Shown in pieces: positions 38,972 through 49,257 of a stretch of DNA of 64,000 nt. Every line of letters begins with the position of its first letter. The first letter of the stretch is position 1. Source of the DNA: Candidatus Delongbacteria bacterium (GTDB taxonomy: Bacteria; CAIWAD01). Made by a program: the position numbers and the translations under genes. The stretch is from assembly GCA_963663545.1 (NCBI GenBank), contig OY760505.1:3392001-3456000 (forward strand). The letters are read 5' to 3'. The notes beneath the pieces are model-generated. The model was not told where the DNA came from and searched no databases. It saw nothing but the letters and a program-made list of their open reading frames with translations.

Positions 38972-39277
38972 CAAGTTCTCCTTTTAGTTACTGACGGTGA
39001 GTCAAATTAATGGCTTATTCTGCAAAATGCAACAATTGGCCTGTTCGAATTATGGTCTTTACAAACTCCGAAGAAAGTAAATCGCCTCATTTGTATAATT
39101 CGGCTGGTAGCATGGAATAGTGTTACTGAAGAGAAGAATAGAGATGTTGTTTTCTATCGGGATGAAGTTTTATTTACAGTATTCACCTTTTATATGCTTC
39201 TTGAGAAGGAGTTTTGGGGGGATTCTGAATACGGGACTACATACTATGGTAAAGCGGACACTTGACCTTGCTTTGAA

Positions 39278-39349
39278 TACTCCCGGAAGGAATCGAACCT
39301 TCGCACCCGGTTCCGGAGACCGGTGCTCTATCCACTGAGCTACGGGAGC
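39278..39349 (-). tRNA. tRNA-Arg (anticodon CCG), CCA not encoded
   Basis: GCTCCCG acceptor stem, TAGCTCAGTGGATAGAGC D-arm, CCGGT-CTCCGGA-ACCGG anticodon arm, GGTTCGATTCC T-arm. Confidence 0.97.
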
Positions 39350-39671
39350 AGAGACGCAAAAGGTAAGGGCTAACGGTTGCCGAGTCAAGATAGGGGCTGG
39401 AATTCGTCGGCTCAAATACCGATTAATGAACGTATGTGCTTTGAAAAGTGCGAGCCTTCTTAGGCACGAAAAAACCTTTGGTCGCGCTGAAGCTATGCAT
39501 TACCTTTGTTCGTTCCAGCGGTGGAGCAAATCGAGATGCATGCAGAGCTTCATAAAGTGCTGCAAACGGGTACTCGACAATGCAAATAGCCAAACAGTGT
39601 GAGTTGGATCACTCCATAACCCCGTTCGAAAATCGATACTGGATGAATAAGTCTAGCTGCGGGATAGGAAG

Positions 39672-40763
39672 ATGATCGTTCGGTTCTGGGGTGTCCGCGG
39701 GGGTATTCCGACACCTGATCCCGACAAGATCCGCTTTGGTGGCAACACCAGCTGCCTTTCGGTGGAGCTTGACGACGGCACATTGATTATCCTTGATGCC
39801 GGTACAGGGATCAGGCGTTTGGGAAATGAGATGATTGCCCAGGAGCATCCGGCGGAGGAGGCCTGGATTCTCCTGAGTCATCTGCATTGGGATCACATTC
39901 AGGGTATCCCCTTTTTCAAGCCGCTGTTTCAGCGCGGCAAGCGCTTCCACTTCATTGGCCATGATCCAATCAACACCAGTTTGCGTGAAGCCATTGAAGG
40001 GCAGCAAAATTTCCAGTATTTCCCCGTCGACATGAGCCATATGCTGGCGGAGAAGGATTTTCAATCTGTGCACAACGATGTGCTGCGTTGTGGCGGTGCG
40101 CTGATTACCACTCACAGGCTGCGGCATCCGGGTGGCTGCACGGGCTATCGCATACAAGCAGGAGATGCGGTAATCGTGTACGCGACTGATGTCGAACACG
40201 GTGGTGATGAGCCCTCGACGGATCTTGTCGAGCTGGCCCGTGGTGCCGATGTGCTGATTACGGATTCCAATTACACTCCCGATGAGTATCACGCCAATCG
40301 CATCGGCTGGGGCCACAGCACCTGGGAGCAGGCCATTGCCTCGGCCAGTGCTGCCGGTGTGCGTCATCTGGTGCTTTTCCATCACGACCAGGATCGGGAT
40401 GATCTGTGCATTGCCGCTCTCGAGGCTGCTGCGCGCGAGCGCTTTCCGTCTTGCACTGCGGCCCGCGAAGGCATGGTGCTGAAGCTCACGGAAGACCGTA
40501 GACAGCAAATTGACGATGACTGTCGTATTTCTTTTCCGGATGGTGAGACCCTTGTGCTGCAACTGGGCGTAAGCGCAAACGGAAGTCTGCCTACGCAGTA
40601 CATGGGGGCATTGCATCCGACCGTGTTGCCCGGCAGCAGTGATCAACTGGCAAAGCTGCTTCGGCAACTTGATTGCAGTTTGCGTCGCACTTTGAACCGG
40701 CTCGAGAAGGGTAGTGATCGTCTAAGTCAGCTGAACCTGCGCAACATGGCCACGCGCGAATAA
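39672..40763 (+). CDS. MBL-fold metallohydrolase with a C-terminal extension
   Basis: FWGVRG, GGNTSC, DAGTG, SHLHWDH, TDVEH, GWGHS and LFHH motifs. Confidence 0.9.
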   Translation: MIVRFWGVRGGIPTPDPDKIRFGGNTSCLSVELDDGTLIILDAGTGIRRLGNEMIAQEHPAEEAWILLSHLHWDHIQGIPFFKPLFQRGKRFHFIGHDPINTSLREAIEGQQNFQYFPVDMSHMLAEKDFQSVHNDVLRCGGALITTHRLRHPGGCTGYRIQAGDAVIVYATDVEHGGDEPSTDLVELARGADVLITDSNYTPDEYHANRIGWGHSTWEQAIASASAAGVRHLVLFHHDQDRDDLCIAALEAAARERFPSCTAAREGMVLKLTEDRRQQIDDDCRISFPDGETLVLQLGVSANGSLPTQYMGALHPTVLPGSSDQLAKLLRQLDCSLRRTLNRLEKGSDRLSQLNLRNMATRE

Positions 40764-40860
40764 GCCATTCGCGGAATCCGCTGCAACAACAGGCTGTGAC
40801 ACATTTCCGGACATTCGCCCGCGTACACTACTTTATCTGTAGTGCAAGACGAGGAAGAAG

Positions 40861-42240
40861 ATGGCAGCTTCGGCTACTCCCCTGGAAAACACAGTCATGT
40901 CGCGTTTCGCCTGGCTTATCGCCTCGCGATGGTTGTTTGTTGCCGCGCTGCTGACGGGGCCGCCGCTGCTTCATCTGCTGATGCCCATGCACGTCGCCTG
41001 GCAGCCCTTCGTTATCACCGCGCTGATGCTCGGCATGGTCAACCTGGGGTGGCAAGTCTACTGGAGCCACCTGACTGAGCTGGACCCCGCCCATCTGATG
41101 GAAGATCTGCGCAACATGCTACTGGTGCAGATCGTCCACGACTGGCTGGCGCTGCTGGCCTGCATCCACTACAGCGGAGGCGTTGACTCGCCGCTGGTGC
41201 TCTTCTTCATTCTGCATCTTGCCATGGCGCAGTTGGCGCTGGACCGCAAACAAGGCTGGCTGGCGACCGCCTTGGCCATTGGCAGTCTGGGTGTGCTCCT
41301 GATGTCCGAAGCGCTGGACTTGATCCCTCCCGTGAGCATTCCGGGACTCACCAGCGAACTGCACCAGACCTCGGGCTTCTACGTCGCCAACGTTCTGGTG
41401 TGGCAGGCCTTAGTACTGATTCTGTTGACGGTCATGCTGCAGGGCGTCATGTACCAACTGCGCCGGCGTGAAGAAGCCGTACTCCGCACGCGTGGCCGGC
41501 TGGAGAAAGCCAACCGGCGTATCACGCAACAAAGTGAAGAGCGCGTCCGCCTGCTGCACGCGATGGCTCACGAGCTGCGTAGCCCGATAGCGGCTGCCAT
41601 TACCATGATCAAAGTGCTGGTGATGACTCACGGGGACAAGTTGCCGCCCGAGGCGCAGCATCCGCTGGATCGGGTACAGACTCGCCTGGAGGGGCTCACC
41701 GGGCTCATCAACGAGCTGCTCGAGCTGGCTGAAAGCCGAAAGCCCAAGGGCAATGAGGCGCAGCGACTGGACCTTGTCAACCTGTTGAAGGAAATGCTCG
41801 AAGAGCATCAGGCGCAAGCCGCCGAGCGCGACATACAGCTCAAGCTGGATGCCCCCGCGGGCGAAGCCGCTCTGTTCGCCGATCAGCACGCCCTGCGCCG
41901 CGTAATTGAGAATTTCCTGTCAAACGCCATCAAGTACAATCGTGACGGCCGCAGCGTAGAGCTTCGTGTATCACGCGCCGGTGACGATTGGCGCATTGAT
42001 TTCAGCGATGAAGGCATTGGTATTGCCCCGGACCAGATCCAGCGCCTTTTCAGCGAATTTTATCGCACGCCGCAAAGCCGCAAGCATACCACCGCCGGGA
42101 CCGGACTAGGCCTGGCTATTACCCGCGATTTGATCGAGCGCATGGGCGGACATGTGGAAGTGCGCAGCGAGCTCGATGTGGGCTCCACGTTCTCGCTCTA
42201 TCTGCCAGCTCCTTTGACGGGGGCTCCAGGCGCTGTCTAG
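40861..42240 (+). CDS. Membrane-bound sensor histidine kinase
   Basis: Several TM helices, AHELRSP, NAIKYN, DEGIGI and GTGLGL motifs. Confidence 0.92.
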   Translation: MAASATPLENTVMSRFAWLIASRWLFVAALLTGPPLLHLLMPMHVAWQPFVITALMLGMVNLGWQVYWSHLTELDPAHLMEDLRNMLLVQIVHDWLALLACIHYSGGVDSPLVLFFILHLAMAQLALDRKQGWLATALAIGSLGVLLMSEALDLIPPVSIPGLTSELHQTSGFYVANVLVWQALVLILLTVMLQGVMYQLRRREEAVLRTRGRLEKANRRITQQSEERVRLLHAMAHELRSPIAAAITMIKVLVMTHGDKLPPEAQHPLDRVQTRLEGLTGLINELLELAESRKPKGNEAQRLDLVNLLKEMLEEHQAQAAERDIQLKLDAPAGEAALFADQHALRRVIENFLSNAIKYNRDGRSVELRVSRAGDDWRIDFSDEGIGIAPDQIQRLFSEFYRTPQSRKHTTAGTGLGLAITRDLIERMGGHVEVRSELDVGSTFSLYLPAPLTGAPGAV

Positions 42241-42488
42241 AAGCTTTCCCTTGCAGTCTTTTTCCACAAGGACACTGACCAAGCAATGGGCCGGGCAACC
42301 GTCGTCGGCTGAAATTTTTTGCTCACACACAGCAGGAATTTCCCAACCCCCCAGGGCACATTCTTCCGCGCAGAACTTGCCGACTCACGATGTTACGAAC
42401 TAGCGAACTTCAGAAGTCCGGAAGTCTGGAGGATTGATATTCATTGAGTTAGCACTTCGCGGCTTCTGCCTCGCGTCCTCGTTGCAGG

Positions 42489-42503
42489 TGGCATGATGCT
42501 TGC
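42489..42503 (+). promoter_or_regulatory. Sigma54 (-24/-12) promoter of the flg operon
   Basis: TGGCATGATGCTTGC, with GG-N10-GC, about 50 bp before flgF. Confidence 0.85.
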
Positions 42504-42555
42504 CCAGCCCGTAGGTGTGAATCATGGGGATTCACATTGAGAGGAGCCAGGAAGC

Positions 42556-43299
42556 ATGATCAAAGGCCTTTGGGATTCCGGCGCTGGCATGATTGCCCGT
42601 AGCTTGCAACATGATGTGACCGCCAACAACCTGGCCAATGTGAACACCACAGCCTTCAAGCAGGACCGGCTCAACTTTCGCGAGATGATTACCAGTCAGC
42701 TGCTGCTGGATCGCACCCGCGGCGATAGCAGTCCCGAGTCGATGCTGCGCGGCGGCATGGAAACCCGCTTCCGGCAGGGCGAGCTGCAGCAGACGGGCAA
42801 CACCCTCGACTTTGCCCTGAATGGCGAAGGATTCTTTGTGGTGAACACCGCCGACGGCGAACGCTATACGCGGCAGGGGCATTTTCAGGTCTCGGTCGAC
42901 GGGCAGCTGGTCACCATGGATGGTGATCAGGTCATGGGCCAGGCGGGGGCCATTGCGCTGAATCCGGGCCCGGTGGATGCTACCTCCGACGGGCGCCTTT
43001 TTCAGGAAGGGGAAGAGGTCGGTCGTCTACGTCTGGTGGACTTTGGAGATCAGGAAAACCGGCTGTTGAAGCTGGGACGCGGTCTCTTTGTGCCCGACGA
43101 CGAGCGCGAAGTGCAGCCCGAAGAGGATACAACAACCACCGTGGTGCAGGGGCAGCTGGAAGGCAGCAACAGCGGAGCGGTGGAGCAGATGGTGCGCATG
43201 ATCGAGCAGGAACGCATGTACACCTTTACCCAGCAAGCGCTTTCGCTGCAGGATGAGAACCTGGGACGCGCCGTCAGTGATATCGGACGTCTCAAGTAG
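42556..43299 (+). CDS. flgF: Flagellar basal-body rod protein FlgF
   Basis: ANNLANVNT..FK, TGN.LDFAL.GEGFF.V, YTR.G.F and LEGSN motifs. Confidence 0.88.
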   Translation: MIKGLWDSGAGMIARSLQHDVTANNLANVNTTAFKQDRLNFREMITSQLLLDRTRGDSSPESMLRGGMETRFRQGELQQTGNTLDFALNGEGFFVVNTADGERYTRQGHFQVSVDGQLVTMDGDQVMGQAGAIALNPGPVDATSDGRLFQEGEEVGRLRLVDFGDQENRLLKLGRGLFVPDDEREVQPEEDTTTTVVQGQLEGSNSGAVEQMVRMIEQERMYTFTQQALSLQDENLGRAVSDIGRLK

Positions 43300-43313
43300 C
43301 CCGGGAGGAAACC

Positions 43314-44102
43314 ATGATCAGAGCCTTGCACAGTGCAGCATCCGGCATGTTTGCTCAGCAGCTCAACATTGACAACATCGCCAACAACCTGGCTAACGTG
43401 AATACGGCAGGCTTCAAGAAGAGTCGCGCCGAGTTTCAGGATCTGTTGTACCAGAACCTGCGCACTGGCGGCATGACCAACAGTCTGGGCAATGTGGTAC
43501 CCACGGAGTTGCAGGTGGGCAGCGGCGTGCGCGCGGCGGCTGTAACACGCAACATGAGCCAGGGCTCGGTGGTGCAGACGGGGAATACGCTGGATCTGGC
43601 CATTGAAGGCGAGGGTTTTTTTCAGGTCACACGTCTGGACGGCACCATCGCCTACACACGCGACGGTAGTCTGAAGGTCAGCGATGAAGGTATTCTGCTG
43701 ACCAGCGACGGCCTGCCTCTAGAACCCGAAATCGCCATTCCAACCGGCACTGTGGAGATCACCATCAGTCGCGATGGACAGGTGGGCGCCCTGGTAGCCG
43801 GTGACTCGGAGCCGGTGCAGGTGGGCACGCTTGAGATAGCCGCCTTCTCGAATCCAGCTGGCCTGCGCGCAGTGGGACAGAATCTCTTTGTGCAGACGGC
43901 GGCCTCGGGCGAGCCGCAGGTTGGACAACCCGGCCTGGAGCAGTTCGGACAAGTCACACAGGGCTACTTGGAAGGCTCCAACGTGCAGACGGTGGAGGAG
44001 ATGGTCGCCATGATCACCGCGCAGCGCGCCTACGAGATCAATTCCAAGGCGATCAATGCCAGCGATGAAATGCTGTCGACGGCAGCCAACCTGCGGAGAT
44101 AG
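43314..44102 (+). CDS. flgG: Flagellar distal rod protein FlgG
   Basis: IANNLANVNT.GFKKSRAEFQDLLYQ and QRAYEINSK motifs. Confidence 0.96.
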   Translation: MIRALHSAASGMFAQQLNIDNIANNLANVNTAGFKKSRAEFQDLLYQNLRTGGMTNSLGNVVPTELQVGSGVRAAAVTRNMSQGSVVQTGNTLDLAIEGEGFFQVTRLDGTIAYTRDGSLKVSDEGILLTSDGLPLEPEIAIPTGTVEITISRDGQVGALVAGDSEPVQVGTLEIAAFSNPAGLRAVGQNLFVQTAASGEPQVGQPGLEQFGQVTQGYLEGSNVQTVEEMVAMITAQRAYEINSKAINASDEMLSTAANLRR

Positions 44103-44105
44103 TCC

Positions 44106-44789
44106 ATGCGTCTGCTACTGCTGCTGATCCTGACCAGTCTGTGTCACGCCGCTCCGGAAGCTCTACACGTGCGCGTGCAGCAGGCCCTGCAGCAGGTCGT
44201 TGACAACGGCCCTTGGGCAGCGCTCGACAGCGTGCAACTTGAAGTGCGCGCCTGGAGTTGCCCGGCACTTAGCGAGAGTTGCTTGCTGGAGGTCGAACCG
44301 TTGACGCAGCGTCTGCGCGGCGGCAATGTCTTTCGCGTCAGCTTTCTGGAGCAGGGACGCTTGCTGCGCAGCTTGAGCCTTAGTGCCACGGTGCGCACCT
44401 GGGAACAAGTCCCCGTTGCTGCCCGGGATCTGCCGCGCGGCCACATCCTGGGACCCGATGATCTGGCGGTGGAATGGCGTGAGACAACCCAGCTCAGTCA
44501 AGTTGATTTGCCGGCACCGACGGAAGCTCTTGGCTTGCAACTCAATCGCTACATCGCGCAGGGTAGGCTTGTGCATCACCGCATGCTGCACAAATTGCCC
44601 GACCTCGAGCGTGGTCAGCGTATCACCGTAACCGTCTCCACTGAAGGCGTGCGCGTTAGCGCTGCCGGCAAACTGGAGCAGGACGCCTGTTTGGGCGAAC
44701 TCGCGCCGGTCCGGCTGCTGGAGTCGGGGCGTCGTCTGCAAGCCCGCATCATCAGCCTCGACCAGGCCCTTGTGGAGGTAACACCATGA
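44106..44789 (+). CDS. flgA: P-ring formation chaperone FlgA
   Basis: VPVAARDLPRG..L...D SAF-like motif; RG..I.V..G; position between flgG and flgH. Confidence 0.85.
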   Translation: MRLLLLLILTSLCHAAPEALHVRVQQALQQVVDNGPWAALDSVQLEVRAWSCPALSESCLLEVEPLTQRLRGGNVFRVSFLEQGRLLRSLSLSATVRTWEQVPVAARDLPRGHILGPDDLAVEWRETTQLSQVDLPAPTEALGLQLNRYIAQGRLVHHRMLHKLPDLERGQRITVTVSTEGVRVSAAGKLEQDACLGELAPVRLLESGRRLQARIISLDQALVEVTP

Positions 44790-45370
44790 GTCGCCGTGTA
44801 TCACGAATTGCACTAGCTGCAATACTCTGTCTGCTGATTTCTGTTGTATCACACGCCGAGCGTCTGGTGGGCAGCAGCATGTTCTGCGATCAGTCCAGTT
44901 TTCGTGTCGGGCAGTTGCTCACGGTCATCATCGATGAGAGCGGTAGCGGCAGCAATACGGCCAACGCCAACACCAAGCGCGAGGGCTCCCTTGACTTGAG
45001 CGCCAGCGCTGACGGCGGCCCCTTTACCGGGTTGCCAACGCTTTCGGGCAGCTCCAGCACGGCCAATGAGCACAAGGCCAAGGGCAGCAACGCGCGCTCC
45101 AACAGCCTGAGCGGCACGGTCACAGCTGAGATCGTTGCCATCGAAGAAGACGGTACGCTGGTCCTGGAGGGCACGCGCATCATCGAACTGGACGGCGAAC
45201 AGCAGATCACGCAATTAACCGGTCGCGTGCGTCCCGAGGATGTGCGCAGTGACAACTCGGTGTACAGCTTACACCTGGCCGACGCTGTTATCAGTTACAG
45301 CGGGCGCGGTGTGGTGGCCGACAGTCAGCGTCGCGGTGTACTCACCTATCTCTTCGGCTGGCTGTTCTAG
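44786..45370 (+). CDS. flgH: Flagellar L-ring protein FlgH
   Basis: VG..LTV.I.E, GTVTA, G.L..EG, G.VRPEDV..DN.V.S..LADA.I.Y.G motifs. Confidence 0.9.
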   Translation: MSRRVSRIALAAILCLLISVVSHAERLVGSSMFCDQSSFRVGQLLTVIIDESGSGSNTANANTKREGSLDLSASADGGPFTGLPTLSGSSSTANEHKAKGSNARSNSLSGTVTAEIVAIEEDGTLVLEGTRIIELDGEQQITQLTGRVRPEDVRSDNSVYSLHLADAVISYSGRGVVADSQRRGVLTYLFGWLF

Positions 45371-45386
45371 TACTGGAAAGGATCTG

Positions 45387-46496
45387 ATGATGTACCGGTT
45401 TCCTCTTCGCCTTCTGTGTCTGCTGCTTCTGCTGATCGTTAGCCAGACGCAGGCCGCGCGCCTGAAGGAAATCGCCGAATTCAAGGGCGCCGAGGGAGCT
45501 GATCTCATCGGCTATGGCATTGTCGTCGGCCTGGATGGAACCGGTGATGGCAATCGCAGCATGTTTACCATTCGCAGTGTCGAGAATATGCTGCGTCGTT
45601 TCGGCATCACTCTTGAAGAAGGCCAGATCAAGCCCAAGAATGTGGCTGCGGTTACGGTTACTGCGCGCATTCCGGCCTTTGCTCACGAGGGCGATCGCAT
45701 CGACGTAACTGTCAGCTCCATTGGCGATGCCTCCAGTCTGATGGGCGGTGTTCTGTTGATGACTCCGCTGACTAACCGCGATGGCCAGACGGTTGTAGCA
45801 CGCGCCCAGGGTCCGGTGTCCATCGGTGGTTTCAACTTTGCGGCTGGCGGTAGCAGTATCCGCAAGAACTACACCCTGGTCGGCCGTGTGCCGCTGGGCG
45901 CCACAATCGAAGTAAACCAATACAGCAACCTCGTACACGACGGAGCCATGCTGGTCAGCCTTCATCAGGAGGACTTCACCAATGCCCGTCGCGTGAGTGA
46001 AGCCATAAACACAGCCTTTGGTGAGGATTTGGCCAGTGCGCTCAACGCGGGCATGATACGTGTGCAGGTGCCGGGCGAACTGGCCGCAGGTGCCAGCGGA
46101 GCCGCGCGTGTGGTAGAAATGGCTTCGATTATCGAGAACCTCGAAATCGATCCGGATGTGGTGGCCAAGGTGGTCATCAACGAGCGCACGGGTACTGTCG
46201 TCGTGGGCAGCAACGTGGCCCTGCTGCCGGTAGCGGTAGCTCACGGCAGTCTTTCGGTTGTCATCAAGAGCACCAATGAAGGACAGCAGCTTGGCAGTTA
46301 CAGTTCCTTCAGTAACGAGAGTGAAATCACGGTGAGCAGCGAAGAGGCACATCTGGTGATGCTGGACAACATGGCCAACGTCAACGGTGTAGCACGTGCG
46401 CTGAATACTCTTGGTGTATCACCCAGGGATATCATCTCAATCTTTCAGTTGCTGAAAGAGGCGGGTGCCCTGCAGGCTGAACTGGTGATCATCTGA
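45387..46496 (+). CDS. flgI: Flagellar P-ring protein FlgI
   Basis: LIGYGIVVGLDGTGD, KNVAAV, INERTGTVV and GALQAEL motifs. Confidence 0.96.
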   Translation: MMYRFPLRLLCLLLLLIVSQTQAARLKEIAEFKGAEGADLIGYGIVVGLDGTGDGNRSMFTIRSVENMLRRFGITLEEGQIKPKNVAAVTVTARIPAFAHEGDRIDVTVSSIGDASSLMGGVLLMTPLTNRDGQTVVARAQGPVSIGGFNFAAGGSSIRKNYTLVGRVPLGATIEVNQYSNLVHDGAMLVSLHQEDFTNARRVSEAINTAFGEDLASALNAGMIRVQVPGELAAGASGAARVVEMASIIENLEIDPDVVAKVVINERTGTVVVGSNVALLPVAVAHGSLSVVIKSTNEGQQLGSYSSFSNESEITVSSEEAHLVMLDNMANVNGVARALNTLGVSPRDIISIFQLLKEAGALQAELVII

Positions 46497-47314
46497 TGAA
46501 AGTGGACGCAGCACAGCAGGCCGCATTGACGGCGCTGACGACGCAGCAAGAGCGCGCCAGTGATACAATCGCAAGTGATGCGCGTGTGCGTGATGCAAGC
46601 ATTGCCTTCGAGCGCCTGCTGATTGAGCAAATGCTGCAGTCGATGGAACGCACCCTGGAGGGTGGTCTGACGGGTTCCCGCGGAACCGCGGCCGATTACT
46701 TCGAAGGCATCTTCAATCAGGAATTGTCGCAGGAAATCAGCGGCAGTAATGGTCTGGGCCTGGCGCGCAGCATGTATGAGGAAGTCACCGGAAAACCCTG
46801 GCCTGAAGACCAGCAGACTTCGACGAATCTTCCCGTATCACGAAATGCGGGCAGTACGCTACCCGGCTGGCTTGATCGTCTGCAACGCGAGGTTTCTACC
46901 GAGTCACGTGTAACACGTCCCGACGCTCTGCGTGAAAGCGAACTGCGCGTGATGGCGCGTGATACAGCTTCTGCCGCCGGGCTCGATCCTGACTGGGTCG
47001 AGGCGCTGGTGGAGTGTGAGAGCGCCTGGGACAGCCGAGCCTGCTCCCGCAAGGGAGCCATGGGGCTTATGCAATTGATGCCCGCGACGGCTGATGAGTT
47101 GGGGGTTGAGAATCCCTGGGATGCGCAGCAAAACCTGGAAGGCGGCGTTCGCTACCTGTCCAGCCTGCTTGAGCGCTTCGAGGGCGATCGTGTACTGGCT
47201 GCGGCCGCATACAACGCGGGCCCCGAAGCCGTGACACGCTACGGCGGCGTGCCGCCCTATCCGGAAACAGAACAGTATGTGCAGCGAATCGAGCGCAAAC
47301 TCCAAGGAGAATGA
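46496..47314 (+). CDS. flgJ: FlgJ-type rod-binding domain fused to an SLT lytic transglycosylase
   Basis: N-terminal FE..LI.QML.SM...GLGLA..MY; C-terminal ES.W, GAMGLMQLMP.TA, AAYNAGP and PPYPET..YV. Confidence 0.82.
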   Translation: MKVDAAQQAALTALTTQQERASDTIASDARVRDASIAFERLLIEQMLQSMERTLEGGLTGSRGTAADYFEGIFNQELSQEISGSNGLGLARSMYEEVTGKPWPEDQQTSTNLPVSRNAGSTLPGWLDRLQREVSTESRVTRPDALRESELRVMARDTASAAGLDPDWVEALVECESAWDSRACSRKGAMGLMQLMPATADELGVENPWDAQQNLEGGVRYLSSLLERFEGDRVLAAAAYNAGPEAVTRYGGVPPYPETEQYVQRIERKLQGE

Positions 47315-47315
47315 A

Positions 47316-47825
47316 ATGGGCGATGCCGGCAAGCTTGTTCTTGTGTTGGCCGACGCACTGGCAAAACAGGGCGATCTCTTCAAACAGCTGCACGAGCAGC
47401 TCGAGGGACAACGGGATGCCATTCGCAAGGTGGACATACCCGCTCTGGAAGCTCGCACACTGCGCATCGAGGAATTGAACGCCCTGATCCAGCAGCAGGA
47501 CGAACTGCGTCGCAACAGCCTTGCGCAACTGGAAGAGCTGATGGGACACGAAGCGGGAACGCTGACCTTGCGCGAAGTGGCCGTTTTGCAGGAACCCGCA
47601 CTGCGCCAGCGTCTGCAACACAGTGGCGAGGCCCTGCGCCTGCATCTGCACCGTGTAGCCAATTTGCGGCCGCAAGTGCAACTGATGATCGAGCGCAGTC
47701 TGGCCTTCTCGCGCCGCAGCATGGACTGGTTGCGACGACTGCATCAGCGTGGTGGCACGTACGGACCGGACGCGCGCCTGCATCAGCCCAGCACGGGCAG
47801 CGTCGCAATTGATCGGACTGCCTGA
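47316..47825 (+). CDS. flgN: Flagellar export chaperone FlgN
   Basis: Helical protein ending TYG..A......IDRTA; sits directly before flgK; RBS AGGAG. Confidence 0.8.
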   Translation: MGDAGKLVLVLADALAKQGDLFKQLHEQLEGQRDAIRKVDIPALEARTLRIEELNALIQQQDELRRNSLAQLEELMGHEAGTLTLREVAVLQEPALRQRLQHSGEALRLHLHRVANLRPQVQLMIERSLAFSRRSMDWLRRLHQRGGTYGPDARLHQPSTGSVAIDRTA

Positions 47826-49207
47826 TGTCCAGCATTAATGGAGCCCTGGATGCGGCTAAAAGTGCGCTGCTTACGCACCAGATGGCCATTTCCACAACGG
47901 GGCACAATATTTCCAACGTCAACACCGAAGGCTACAGCCGTCAGCGCTTGCTTATCGAGCCGCGACTGGGGCAGGAGTACATGGGCAATCGCCTGGGTGC
48001 CGGTGTCATTCCGTTGGAAGTATCACGCTATCGCAACGAGTTCTACGACTACGAGTATCGTCGCGAAGCCAGTGCTGAAGGTGAATGGGGCGTTAATGCT
48101 GATCAGATGTCGATGGTGGAGGCCATCTTCGGTGATCCAAGCGACAGCGCGCTTTCAACGGCCTTCAACGATTTCTGGAATGCGTGGAGCGATCTGGCCA
48201 ACTATCCGGAAGACCTCGCCATGCGTCAGGTGCTGGTGGAGCGCGCGGACACACTGTGTCAGTCTTTCCATGGCGTGGCTGGTGATCTGCAGCAGATGCG
48301 TTTTGATCTCAACGAAGAGGTGGAGCTGGATACCAGCGAGATCAATCGCCTGGCCGGGGAGATTCAGATTCTCAACCAGAAGATCTTTACGGCAGAGGTT
48401 GGCGGAGTGGAAGCACCGGACCTTCGTGATACTCGTGATCGACTGCTGGACGAGCTCGCTGGTTTTGCTGACATCACCTGGGAGGAGAGCGCCAGCGGCA
48501 CTTTTCGCGTCTATCTAAGCGGCCGTGCGCTGGTGGATGGACAGCATCGCCTGAGCCTTGAGAACTACCGCGACGTCAGTGACGAGACAGTCATCAGCGG
48601 TGTGCGCTGGACGGACAGTGACTACGATCTGCAACTGGAGTCTGGATCGTTGGCCGCTAAACTGACCATGCGTGACGAGGTGATTCCCAGTTACCAGGAG
48701 GACCTGAACGACCTTGCCAATGCCCTTGTGACACAAGTCAACGCCCTGCACAGCGATGGTTACAACCTAAACGGCACGACCGGGCTGAATTTCTTTTCCG
48801 GCGGTATGCTGACGGCCGAGACCATTACTCTTGACAGGCTGATCGAGAATAACCCCGACCTGGTGGCCGCCAGCGAAGACGGTGGTGAAGGCAATGCAGA
48901 CATTGCGAACGCCATCTCAGAACTGCGTGATACACCGTCGGGAATCCTGGGTGGTGCCTCCATTGAAGAAGCTTACAGCCGCATCTACTCCCGGCTGGGC
49001 AGCGAGACAAGTACGGCGTCCACGACATACGAATCCCAGCAGGATTTCGTGCAGGAGATGGAAAACCGTCGCCAGTCGGTGATGGGTGTGAACCTGGATG
49101 AAGAGATGACCCTGCTGCTGCAGCAACAGCAGGCCTTTCAGGCCGCGTCTCGCATGGTCACTGTAATCGACGAGTTGATTCAGACGGTAATCGGATTGGG
49201 AATGTGA
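47825..49207 (+). CDS. flgK: Hook-associated protein FlgK
   Basis: TGHNISNVNTEGYSRQ, DLRD.RD.L.DEL and GVNLDEEM motifs. Confidence 0.96.
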   Translation: MSSINGALDAAKSALLTHQMAISTTGHNISNVNTEGYSRQRLLIEPRLGQEYMGNRLGAGVIPLEVSRYRNEFYDYEYRREASAEGEWGVNADQMSMVEAIFGDPSDSALSTAFNDFWNAWSDLANYPEDLAMRQVLVERADTLCQSFHGVAGDLQQMRFDLNEEVELDTSEINRLAGEIQILNQKIFTAEVGGVEAPDLRDTRDRLLDELAGFADITWEESASGTFRVYLSGRALVDGQHRLSLENYRDVSDETVISGVRWTDSDYDLQLESGSLAAKLTMRDEVIPSYQEDLNDLANALVTQVNALHSDGYNLNGTTGLNFFSGGMLTAETITLDRLIENNPDLVAASEDGGEGNADIANAISELRDTPSGILGGASIEEAYSRIYSRLGSETSTASTTYESQQDFVQEMENRRQSVMGVNLDEEMTLLLQQQQAFQAASRMVTVIDELIQTVIGLGM

Positions 49208-49257
49208 TACGAAGACGGGCACTAAACGCTGACCCGCATTCGCTGGAAAGGTGAGAC

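Noticed and set aside
38168..39010. 280-aa plus-strand ORF
   Set aside because: It is antisense to three minus-strand ORFs that have RBSs and a terminator-like hairpin, and shows no recognisable motifs.
42449..42457. CIRCE-like half site TTAGCACT upstream of flgF
   Set aside because: No matching GAGTGCTAA arm at 9-bp spacing.
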